Source: Balanoglossus misakiensis
Taxonomy: Eukaryota; Animalia; Hemichordata
Length of the DNA stretch: 64,000 nt
NCBI GenBank assembly: GCA_040954595.2
Contig: CM082589.2
Span: 5,453,186-5,517,185, forward strand
Direction of reading: 5' to 3'
Shown: positions 1-10,900 of the stretch, piece after piece
How positions within the stretch are numbered: position 1 is the stretch's first letter
Layout: each line of letters starts with the position of its first letter
Translations under genes and position numbers: made by a program
Notes under the pieces: generated by a model
Told to the model about the DNA's origin: nothing
The model's database searches: none
What the model saw: only the letters and a program-made list of their open reading frames with translations

Positions 1-184
1 GCAAGAGTACATAGCATCATACGTGACATCTTTTGGCACTGACACAATATTAGATCTAGATATTTTTTTATTATTTCCATAAAAATGTTGAGCAAGGTTT
101 ATAGGGTAACATGACAAAATACTTCGACGTTTTCTGGTTGTACATAATGGCACGCATATCTCTTCACTCTATCAGCTAATTTCT

Positions 185-242
185 TGCAGTTAATGATGAC
201 TCTGGATCAAATCCAGGATTTAGAGTCTGATAAAGCCCTGCA
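185..242 (+). promoter_or_regulatory. SECIS element in the 3' UTR of an upstream gene, probably a paralog of the DsbA/FrnE-like selenoprotein gene
   Basis: Layout is tgcag-tta-ATGA(193-196)-t-gactctgga-tc-AAA-tccagga-tttagagtc-TGAT(228-231)-aaagcc-ctgca. This gives the AUGA/GA core, an upper stem (gactct/agagtc), unpaired AAA and a lower stem (tgcag/ctgca). The element and its flanks are homologous to the SECIS at 3998-4057. AATAAA occurs at 320-325 and 499-504. Confidence 0.8.
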
Positions 243-1733
243 GATCTAGCAAATGTAGACAATGGACGATGAGCGTGCAAATTGTGTTTCTCCAGCAAAC
301 GGGCATAGTATTTTTATGTAATAAAAGAAAACGATACGATAATATTTTTTAAATTGAATATGTGATGTACTTCATGATATGTCAATATATCCTGATTATG
401 CACGTGAGACAAACCGATCAATTGTAATTTGTTCTTGTATTTTCATCTTTGGGACATGAAGATGTATGTATTTTCTGTTCTGTTTTGGCATTGCGAGAAA
501 TAAACTTTTTAGATCTGCTCAAACATTGGAATACTTGTCATCATTACATACTTCATAACTTGAATTACGATTGTCACCAATCATCGACCTTGTCAACACA
601 TTCATATTTATAATGAGATCAGATGCTTCATTTCGTACTTAGAACATGCACTTTACAGTTTTCACGCGTATCATGAGATTCTTAAAAACATAGCTATCTA
701 AAGATTTTGCCAACATTTATCGAGATAGAAAAAGTGCAGGCATGGGCGTGGGAAAAGATGAACAACACATCTCTACGGGAGGTCTGATACAGTTTGGTGA
801 AAGACAGAACCCAAGGTCAGACCACTTCGACTGAAAAGAAATTTATGCCGTCGCAGCACTGCCTCATGGAAAATATGAAATGTATCCATGGATACCGACA
901 GTCAACATTCATAAATTTCAATACATTCTCGATCAACCATATCAAGATTTTACTGCCCAAACATCCAAATTCTGGGCAGAATTCCAAACAGTCTTTTATA
1001 CCTATAGAATTGGCCATTATACAGTACCCATAAACCAGTCCGGGTTATGACCTTGGGTGGGACCAGGATGCATAGACAGTTTGCATATTCAATAACAAGT
1101 CAAAGCACATGTTGAACGCTGCCCCAGCTGCTTCTGGTCGTCCTGACCGACATGACTCAGCCAGTTCACGGTTCTCATTGGATAACATGATATACACAAT
1201 CACATATAGGCATTTTTATTTCAGCGTTCTTAAATATAAATTCGTGGTTATGACTGAAAAGCGCTAAATGAATACACTTTTTACATAAGATCCATTCAAA
1301 TGCCTTCAGATCTCGAGTTAACATAATCGTTTAATTTCGTTAATAATTAATTGGTATGTATTATATTTGCGTTATTTTACCCTGTTCGAATTCTTTAACT
1401 ATTTAGTGATTCGTCGTTTTAGCGTGTTTGTTTAAAGTTGCAAAAACGCCTGACAGCAAGTAAACAACTTACCAGTGAAAGTCTATTATTGACATAATAA
1501 TAGCATCATAAATCGTGACCGGTTAGTCGGGTTGCGTCTGATTGGCCGAGCGCAGAGCCCATCCCCTGCGTCGCAACAAACTACGCATTATTCTGCGGCT
1601 AGGCACACAAGGATAGGATCTAGGTCGCCCAGTTAATAGGGAGTACGTACATACACGTCGCGCATCGCACCACAAACTGCTATAACGCCATTACAATATT
1701 CTGTATTCGCATTTTCTCAGGTTAGCAAGCAGG

Positions 1734-3833
1734 ATGGCATCCAAACCGAAGATTGAGATCAAAATTGTCGGCGACGTTGTATGACCCTGGTGTTGGATCG
1801 GGACGAGGAACCGAGAGGCTGCCATCAAGGAGACTCAAGGTAAAGTCAATCACCCACAATGCAAGCCTAGTACGGTTGAACTACAGTGCATTTAAGCTTA
1901 CCTCGCCAACTCGATATCACTGTGTGAATCTGACAGTTATATTCACTGTATGTATATTTTATGTACAATGTACACAAATAGCGCAGTCATTAGTTCAGTT
2001 AATGGTGCTAATTGCGCACATTATATATACGTCATTCACGCAATGGCTGTAATTGATTTAGGCCTACACACTACGATTGCGAGGCAAATTTACATTCTCT
2101 TTAGTTTCTTCGGGATTTGAACTCAATATTAACGCCCTTTGTGTAACGAGACCTGAAAACCCACGTATGCATTGATCGTAGGCCTGACGCCCTGATAGTT
2201 CTTTTCGATAGTGCTTTATTTGTAATCCACCCCTTCCCTTCCCAAACACACAACCGGGGCGTAGGCTATACAATTTCATTGCTACTAGCATACCGTCTGT
2301 TTTGGTCGTTACAAGGTCGCCTCGAATGCCATAGCCGAGGACTTCAGTGGAATTAAGGGCTGCTCCCTTTGATATCGGAGGGGGGGGGGTCCTGGAGGAC
2401 TTTCGCAGCAGGATATGTTTTTGATTATACTACTAAAATGTGTTTTGTATCAACCACAAAAATCGTGAAATAGAGGAAATATTGCAAGACTTATTATAAC
2501 ATTTGACTCGCGGCGAAAAATGCGAAAGTCAATGCTCAAGTCTAGAGGCTTATGAAGAAATGACCCAAGCCGACATACACGCGTACAGTTTGCTGTTATC
2601 GGACTTCCACTTTATAATTTTTTTGTACAACTCCTACAGATAAATATGAGTTCACCTTCCACTGGGAGCCTTTCTACATCAAGCCCGATACTCCACCAGA
2701 AGGCTTTGTTAAACCAAAGCCACAACCTGGTAATCCAAGGTAAATTTTTAGCTTTAATCTCTGTACACTTAATCCCGAAATTACTCGTTCTCAACACGTC
2801 ATTTCCATGTAAATAATTGTCTTTTCCAGTATTAAACGAGAATCGATATTCTGCCTACGGTAAATTCATATACCATCACGCGTAAGAAATAGGTGTGCTG
2901 TGTTTTATTGCTATCACTGAAACTGTATTTTGTTTAATTACCATACTTCATATCCTTACCAGGGTGCCTGCCCGCCTGAAGAGCATAGGTGAGAGTGTGG
3001 GCATAGACTTCACTGGCAAGAGTGATATTCTGCCCAACCCTACCCTGTGCCACGCCCTGTTGGAATACGCCAAAGAAGTCGGTGGTGGAAAGAAACAAGA
3101 CGAAGTTCAGGAATACATGTTCAAGGTTAGTGTCTGCGGGCTGAAGTGTGGGGCGCCATGTGTTGTATTAGTTTACATGCTGTCACCGATGGTTTACCAC
3201 ATTTTCGATCCAGTGAAGAATTGGTCATTTATCTGCATACTGTTTAACAACGCATGTCTATGTTCCTCCGACCACACAGGCCTACTTCACAGACGGCCCA
3301 CCCGACGGACTACTGAAGGCAGACTTCTTGTTGAAGGTGGCTGGAATGTGCGGCCTGGACACTCAGAAGGCCGAGGCCTACATGATGAATCCCGAGCATC
3401 AAAAGACTGTGATTGCCATCGGCCAGGCCTGGAGAGACAAGGGTGTGACCGGTGGGTGAGAGTGTCTTTTTTTGACGTTCAAACTTTTTAGATAAACAAG
3501 TAGCTGTCTGTGCAAAACATAATGCAATGTACCTACAATGGAAAAATGTGCATATCTGTATGGCTGTTTGATGCACATGGACATCTGTACTGTGATACAT
3601 TTGAATTCCAGGTGTTTTCTGTTGCTCTATTGAGAGGTGGGCTCCACTACACCCTGGCCAATACCAGGTGTACACTAGCATTTTACCAGGTGTACCCTGC
3701 CCTGATATGCGCTTTGTCTGTGTGTTCGTTTGCAGCTTCGCCGACCTACTTCATGAATGGACGGAAAATGTTCGGCGGTCACGTGGAGAAGGCGACATTC
3801 ATCGAGGCCTTTGAGACCGTCGCTAAATCCTAA
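1734..3833 (+). CDS. DsbA/FrnE-like thioredoxin-fold oxidoreductase, selenoprotein (UxxC), ~212 aa, 5 coding exons
   Basis: Exons 1734-1839, 2640-2739, 2963-3125, 3280-3451 and 3736-3833 have GT-AG boundaries and consistent phases, total 639 nt. Translation: MASKPKIEIKIVGDVV(U)PWCWIGTRNREAAIKETQDKYEFTFHWEPFYIKPDTPPEG...GESVGIDF...HALLEYAKE...FKAYFTDG...GVTASPTYFMNGRKMFGG...AFETVAKS*. This matches the DsbA_FrnE pattern D-x-x-C-P-W-C-x-I-G, W-x-P-F and the cis-Pro loop G-V-x-x-x-P-T-[FY]. TGA at 1782-1784 occupies the first Cys position. Confidence 0.9.
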
Positions 3834-3997
3834 GACTTCAGCCAGCATCAGTGTCCAGATAGCCTTCAGAGCTAAAATTAATATGTGTCGATTATAAATG
3901 AGTTTATTAAACGAATAGTAGTTATATGTGTAGTGCAGTTATCTTTCCTGGTGAAACATGATTCTGGGGATGTCGTTCTACTCTGTCAGCTGGATAT

Positions 3998-4057
3998 TTG
4001 CAGTTGATGATGACCCTGGGTCAAATCCAGGGTTCAGGGTCTGATGAAGTTCTGCAA
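3998..4057 (+). promoter_or_regulatory. SECIS element of the DsbA/FrnE-like gene
   Basis: Layout is ttgcag-ttg-ATGA(4007-4010)-t-gaccctggg-tc-AAA-tccaggg-ttcagggtc-TGAT(4042-4045)-gaagtt-ctgcaa. This is canonical eukaryotic SECIS geometry, about 165 nt downstream of the TAA stop at 3831-3833. Confidence 0.88.
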
Positions 4058-5453
4058 TACTGGCAAAAACGAAGAGGTGGAACAATAGGCCTGAATTATG
4101 TGTCCCCAGCATAAGTAGGAAGATTAGCGAGTAAATGTTGTGATATGTTTAAAATGTGGAGGTGGTAAGGTATAGGAACAAATTGTTTTCGGTCAATTCA
4201 CTATTAATGTCAGGTTCTATTTTAATGCACACAAGAGTGACTAGTACATTGTGCTAATCATATCGCCAGTTACACGGTAAATCATGCGGGTATAATGATT
4301 GATATCTAAACCACTTAATTATTCACTGTAATGGAGGAAGAATTTACTGGTTGGTTTGGCCATCTTCAATCATCTGCTCACTTGCGAATCAGAATATACA
4401 AGATGATTATAGTCTCGGAGATTTCAGAGGTTTCACATTCATCTATAGTTGATTTTCATCATCATAAACTCGATGGGAAATCTGTACACAACTTTGTAGT
4501 GCTTTTAGAACAGAATATATTAAAGGATTTTAATTCACCGTTCAGGACCAGTTGAATTGTGTGTGAAGACTGTGTATTCTATGACAATGCAAAGAGCGTT
4601 CAGTTTATTACAAATACATGGTTACCACGATGCAAATTTAGCCTCAGTTCCCATGGAAACTTATGAAGTAGCCGTTCACAGATTTTCGTGGGGTGGCGGA
4701 GTGGTCGCCTGCTGAAGAACGCAGAACAGGTGTCGTGACACGCCAGTGAATCATTTGGGCGAGAAAGGGGGCATGCTTGAACATTTTCTGCGATAGAGAG
4801 GGCTTATCTGACGACCTTCTGATCGGCCGAAAAGTCGGAGGTACCGTTTAGGGTCACGTGTTATCTCGATTCTCATCAATATAGTGTGTTATCTTGCACA
4901 GCTGTATGCGTACAGACGCACAAACAGAAAAAATGATCAGTAACCTCCGCCAGAACTCATATATGGCGGGGAACACACTCTTGAAAAACAAGACAATAAA
5001 CACACAGTTTTCTTCTTTATTTACATATATTTAAAGACACGTTTTAATATAACAAGAAGTGAAACGTTAAGAGGACAATTAGTTTCTATCAAATCTATCC
5101 CCGTGGTGCAGGTATTGTCATCAGGCAAAGAATTATCTTGGAACACGTCTTCGGGACCATCGTTCACCTACAAGAAAGTCAGAAGTGTAAAACATGATGC
5201 GCATTTCTTCCACTGTTCAGAGAGACCCAGAAATCGCTAGGTGTTGCATCAAAGAAACTTGGAAAGTTGATAAATGCTAAGGACATATTGTTTACCATGA
5301 TGTACAGCGTAACAGTTACACTATGTGGCTACCTTGACTTGGGACGGTCGTCCGTACACGTAGCCGAAGACGGGACATTTCCAATGCTGATGAAAGCCAT
5401 TGTTCACCCCATGATGTTACAAAGCAGTAAATTGGACTTACCAGTTGCTGCAC

Positions 5454-5941
5454 TCAGATCTTCTCTTTACAACAACTTTCCACTAATAAACAACACGCAC
5501 GCTGTACTTCGGCGTTGCACGATAGACAATGTCGGCAACTACATTCTTGTAAAGAAAAGAAAATAGCATATTGTAAAAAATTAGACCCAATTGCGACTAA
5601 ATATGCGCAAGATGTGTTAGAGCTACAATTCACCTCTTCTTTTTCGTCATCGAAGAAGAATGACCAATCAGGTGCATGAAGGTTGAATTATGTGAAAATT
5701 GAACTGATTTAGCCTAGATATATATTTTATTAATGCGTATATCGCAAGGCTATCACTATACAGACTATACCATGTAAGTGCATTTAACGGAATGGCAAGG
5801 GTTTAAAACGAAATATGAATAATAATGTAACCAATGCAGTCTCAACTTACGATGACCAAAACTGCGTTTGTTTCTTGCCTGAAATAGTAAAAAGAGACAA
5901 AAATGATAAACAGAATTATGCATTCAGCAATCCGCCCGTCA

Positions 5942-5976
<35 letters not shown>

Positions 5977-6266
5977 AAGTATAAATATCTGTCAAAGTAT
6001 AACCTTTCCTGTTTTCTTCCAACAGATCACATAAAACAATACATATTGTCAACATTTCCAATTTGGCAGCACATGGTGAAACGACTTGATCCGCGTTAAA
6101 TGATATCAGTCTTATTTACTCTACAAAATTCCATTACCTGACTTTTCGCAACCAACTTGTGCAGGTCACTGTTACTTATTTCCGGCGAATCTTGAAGTGT
6201 GTCTTCAGCCTGGGACAACACAACAAGAGACAGGAGAGTGAGCGTCAACAGGACAGAGTGCTTCAT
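5454..6266 (-). CDS. Small secreted cysteine-rich prepropeptide (82 aa): signal peptide, acidic propeptide, RNKR cleavage site, 8-Cys mature peptide
   Basis: Coding exons are 6266-6138 (MKHSVLLTLTLLSLVVLSQAEDTLQDSPEISNSDLHKLVAKSQ, donor GTAATG), 5878-5851 (ARNKRSFGH plus 1 nt; acceptor ctatttcag, donor GTAAGT) and 5545-5454 (QCSCRHCLSCNAEVQRACCLLVESCCKEKI*; acceptor ttttcttttctttacaag). Splice phases are compatible. A TA-repeat (TATA-like) lies at ~6343-6360 and a minus-strand AATAAA at 5021-5016. Confidence 0.78.
5944..5975. repeat. (CTGT)n microsatellite in intron 1 of the peptide gene
   Basis: Direct observation of tgtctgtctgtctg... Confidence 0.9.
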
Positions 6267-7960
6267 CTTGTCACGAGGCAAACAGATCGGTTGATGGCGA
6301 GCTGATGTACACTAAGCAATGATCGATTGTATATGACCGATCCTATATATATATATATACATGTATGCATACGACTGCCAACTCAACTGACGTCATCTTC
6401 CATATCTCCATTGCATCCAATAGATTCTGGTCAACAGCAATATATCAAGTGACATGTAGATTCGGGTCTGTCAAGCTCACATGGTCTATTTACTGTAACA
6501 CGACCAAAACAACTGTCAGATCATAATGTGTCAACAAAGTCCACATGTGAACTATTGTATTCAAATTGTAAGGAGGTATAGCGCCATCGATAAATACAGT
6601 AACATTTGCGGTTGTTTTTAAAGTTTTAAATACTTCGCTCCAACATTTGTCTAAAACTCAATTGGGACAAGCGAGACGGAGCCATCTGCGATAGTGTTCA
6701 CCATTGCGTTTGTTTTCGCGTTTCTTTTTCTTGAGCTCGGTCCAGTGAATCGAGTGAGAGAGCCCTCTTGCAACTTTAACACGTAAATCGTTAAAACAGG
6801 AAAATCATGACTAAGGAAACAGAGACTATTGGAAAATGCACCTAGTAGGGAGATATGAATCTACCATCAGATAAATCTATAGCAATTTCGATCAACTTTG
6901 CAATTTTTGCACCTTCCTATAGAGCCAAAGCCAAAGAAATCAACTCGGAACGAAATCACATATCAACATCCGAGATATGGTTTCGAAAGATTCCTTTTCG
7001 GATGATTGCCAATGTCAATTGTAAAGCAATTAAAATCGTCTCCCAACCTCTACCCGAAAGCTCGTTACATTGTAAATCTGACCAAATATCGCCGTTCTCA
7101 TAAAGTAGACAAATCGATAATTATTGGTGCGATATCCCTTCTTTTGTTATGTAATCATAATTATGTTTACATGGTGGATCCCAGTGGAGATGGATCTTTA
7201 AAAATGACAAGCTTCGTCGTGACTGGGTGGTGACAGCGAACATAAAACCGAAAGCAATTTTGACATAATCGTTAGCTCGACTGCAGTCACCTACAGACTT
7301 TAATCTGTTTTCAGGGATCATCAGGCTGTCAGGACAGGTAACATTTGCAAACTACACATTTGACTTGACTGTGGTACATGGTTTGCAGTCATATGTCAGT
7401 AAAATGAGTATAGAAGGATAGAAACACTGTTTTTTTTCTCGAGTCCTCCTCTCGTAGCTGATGCCAGTGTGTAGGGGACTTCACAGCGGAGGACACGTAG
7501 CTATAGATCTGATAGCAGACGAAAAAGACAAAATCCTTGAGACTAATTCTAACAATTAGAAGTCTTTGGGGATACCAATCGTGTTTATTTCACACACGTG
7601 TGTGACAGAGAATCTACTTAAATCGTCTGCAGTAGAAATTAGCATCATAATAGGAGGGTACCACACTTTTTATGCAACTTAATTCTCTCTCGTAAATTGG
7701 GATGACTTTTTTGTTTGTTTCTTAAATTAATGAGGGGTGGATATTGGCCAGATGAATGAGAAAAGTGGGCGAGTCTTTATTTTGAAATGACGGGAGGTGG
7801 TAATTGAGAATATTTACGTTGTACTAGTTGTTGTCAGAGTGTACTTCAACCCTTTGTGGAATGGTTTATTCCAAAATAAAAGTAGGGTCGGAGAGCGCAG
7901 CAAGTTTGAAGTGTTTCTGTCGGCTTGGGTCACTCCGGTCAGCGAGGTTGCTAAGCTGTG

Positions 7961-10900
7961 ATGGCGGGCAGAACTTCTCTCGCGACCATCTTCTGGTTGG
8001 GATTTTTATCAGTTTTCCTCGGAAACCTTGTCAGGGGCCAGGTTTTACAGCCGCCCTATTTCAACATCGCGACCGGCAAACCCATCGAAGCCACGGCGAC
8101 GTGCGGCGAGGGGGTGGCCGGTGATTCGGAAACCTTCTGCAAGCTTACCGGCAACACAGGCACGGAGAGACTGGCCGACCCGGGCCCCACCGGCTCAAAC
8201 TTAATCCAGGGACAATATTGCGATGTCTGCGAACCGGCGGATCTGAACCACAGGAAGGCCCACCCGGCCTACTTCGCCATCGACGGGACCGAAAGGTGGT
8301 GGCAAAGCCCTCCCCTCTCCAGGAGTTTGGATTACAACTTAGTCAACGTCACGATTGATTTTGGCCAGGTACGTATAAGAACAAGTGAAGTGTTCACGCT
8401 TATGACAGACAATCCGAGACGTCTCACACTCGATCGCGTCAAAATATTTGGACAGCAGACGCATGGCCCCGAATAACCCTTTTTGTGTACCGTATCTGAT
8501 AGGCATTATCAGCTTAGATAACCCGTTTCGGTTTATAGTCGTGACGCTTTATATTATAGGCGATCAGTTTTGGATTGGCAAAGATTTTTGATACATGTAT
8601 ATCATATATCATGATTTTGAAGTTTGAACATGCATGTATTTTCGACTCAATATAATCATTGAAATGTTTTTTCCAAAAGCTTCTGACTGAAATACGACAG
8701 AATTAACGATCGCTTCCAGTCCCGACAGACAGTCCTTTATTTTATGCGGCAGCTTTTTTGTCTGCTCCGCTATACACATTCTTGCCCCGTCGGCGGTCTT
8801 TGTAATTGACAAATGGAAAAGTGTGAAACGGTTGTCACTGCTGAATCAATCGAAGCGAAAACATTACCGTTGACGCATAGTGTTCCCTGTTCACACATGG
8901 TTTTAAGCCGATCAGGTGAGTTTGTCAAGTATACGTGAGCGCGATGGTGTCGCCCCGCCTCTTTCCCCCAAACCGGCGAAACAGACACGAGACAAGCGCG
9001 GTTCTTGTGAACAGAGACATGCATGCCTTTATAAATTAAAATGGGATTAGTCATTGCGAAGTTTGGGTTGTGAGAGTAATGTTATACTCCCGGATTCCAT
9101 GGAAAGAACATTGAAAACGTGAACCCGTCAATGAATCCTGTTTTAAAAAACGAGAGTGGAATAACAAACGTGATGGTTGAATGAAATGACGTGAAAATAT
9201 GTATACACTTGGAGGGGCTTGAAATGGATTTGTAAATGGAAATAGATTCGGTGCGCGCGCGCGAAACAAACTATAGTATTAATAATGAAAACCAGGAATA
9301 AGAAAGGCCAGGACCACCAGAAAATACCGGGATGATGGCTGTGGTCCCACAGGTATACGTGCAACCAAATAAAGGGACTTTTCCATCAGTTCATGCTTGT
9401 GGGTCTTCTATCAGCCGTGATCAAACACAAGTTTTTTTGTGTGTGACCCACCCATCAAATCAGTTGATATTGACACGCATGTCTACACGTATACGGTGCA
9501 AGCTCAGCTGTCTCAGAGTTTCAGACAGTGCAAACGAAATTATGTGGATAAATATAGAAAATTTCCCCCAAGAGAAACTTCTCTGTACTGATTAAATCAG
9601 ATGTAGGGTACACAGTCGAACGGGAGTTGTCCGTAGTTACCATGCGATCGCGCACCGGGATTGCGCGCATCGCGCCCCTTTTCTGCTAGTCATAGGCGCG
9701 CGCGCGTTCCCAGGGTAACTTACTAGACGTAGACGTCGCCGTACCCTACGTCTGATTTTAATCAGATTGGGGTTATGGAAGAGTTCCTTGCCTTTGGGTG
9801 ACATTGCTTTCATTTGATTAATCAGTAAAAAATTATATGATAAAAGGAGACAGACGTTTTCCAAGAGGGAAATGGAAAGAGCTAAATATTTACCCCCTTT
9901 CACCACCATGGTTCAGCCCAAATCCATTGTTTTCTAAGGTAAAGTTGGACCTCTATAGAGAGAACTGGGGGTGATGTTTTCAGGTTCTGCAAACCTGATA
10001 AGGGATGAACCAATTGATATCCGGGGAGGGGTCAGGGAGGATTTTGAAAACAAAAATCAGCCAGATAAGGCTACAAAAAGTGCTACGTCATAAAATTTTC
10101 AAGACCCCCCCCCCCCAGGATATCAAATGGTCCACCCCTAACCATGTCTTGTCTGGGCATTCCTACACATGACATGTTGTGTGTATGCTCAAATAAAAAC
10201 AAAGAGAGGTTCAGACATGTCCGACAGTGATTAAGAACAAAGACATTAAGTCCTGGATGTCTTGAAACTCAATCTTCCATGTGGGAATCTTATTAAGGGC
10301 TTTAGGAGAATTCTTCTGCTTTCTTTCAAGGGATGTTTTTGCTCAATGCCCACCCTGTCAAACTCTCACACTTCATTAACTCAGCAGAAACGGTTGGACT
10401 AATTATGGTGCGAGAGGCTTTTGTTTTTTCTGCTTAAATCCTCAGTGCCCGAGCCTTTAAATAAAACAGCAAATAAGTTTTGAACAGTTACTGTGTTCAA
10501 TTTCACTTTATTTAGTTTTGTGCGAAGAATAAATCCCCCTGATTACATTCTGTGGTGATTTGTGCAGAGAAGCAAACAAAGTTAATTACTTCTCACCCTT
10601 TGAAGATCGACAGTTTCTCGTAAAATGATCACCTGTTTCAACACAACATTTGCCAGTTCTATGCAAAGCATATAAGCCAGCCTTTTCCTGGAACATAGCA
10701 TTATAACTCATTATTAAAATAAGCAGTCTGTCAGCCAAAGACAGCTGAGGAAAAAAATTGACTATGGGGGAAAAGTGAATTTTGATCACAGTATTAACGC
10801 CTAATTTGTTGCCTATAGGATGCATGATCAGTAGTTTAAGTCACATTTTAGTTACCTCTGTATTAATATTATATACCAAGCTTTTTGTCAGATTTAGACA

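Noticed and set aside
794-1033. Overlapping short ORFs between the upstream SECIS and the selenoprotein gene
   Set aside because: They have no recognisable product or supporting splice structure.
1782-1784. In-frame TGA as evidence of a pseudogene
   Set aside because: It aligns with the catalytic Cys of CPWC, the rest of the gene is intact and a SECIS is present, so it is better explained as selenocysteine.
5633-5715. Possible extra minus-strand exon in the peptide gene
   Set aside because: Its splice phases do not fit the flanking exons and one frame has a TAA. Exon 2 joins exon 3 (5545) cleanly without it.
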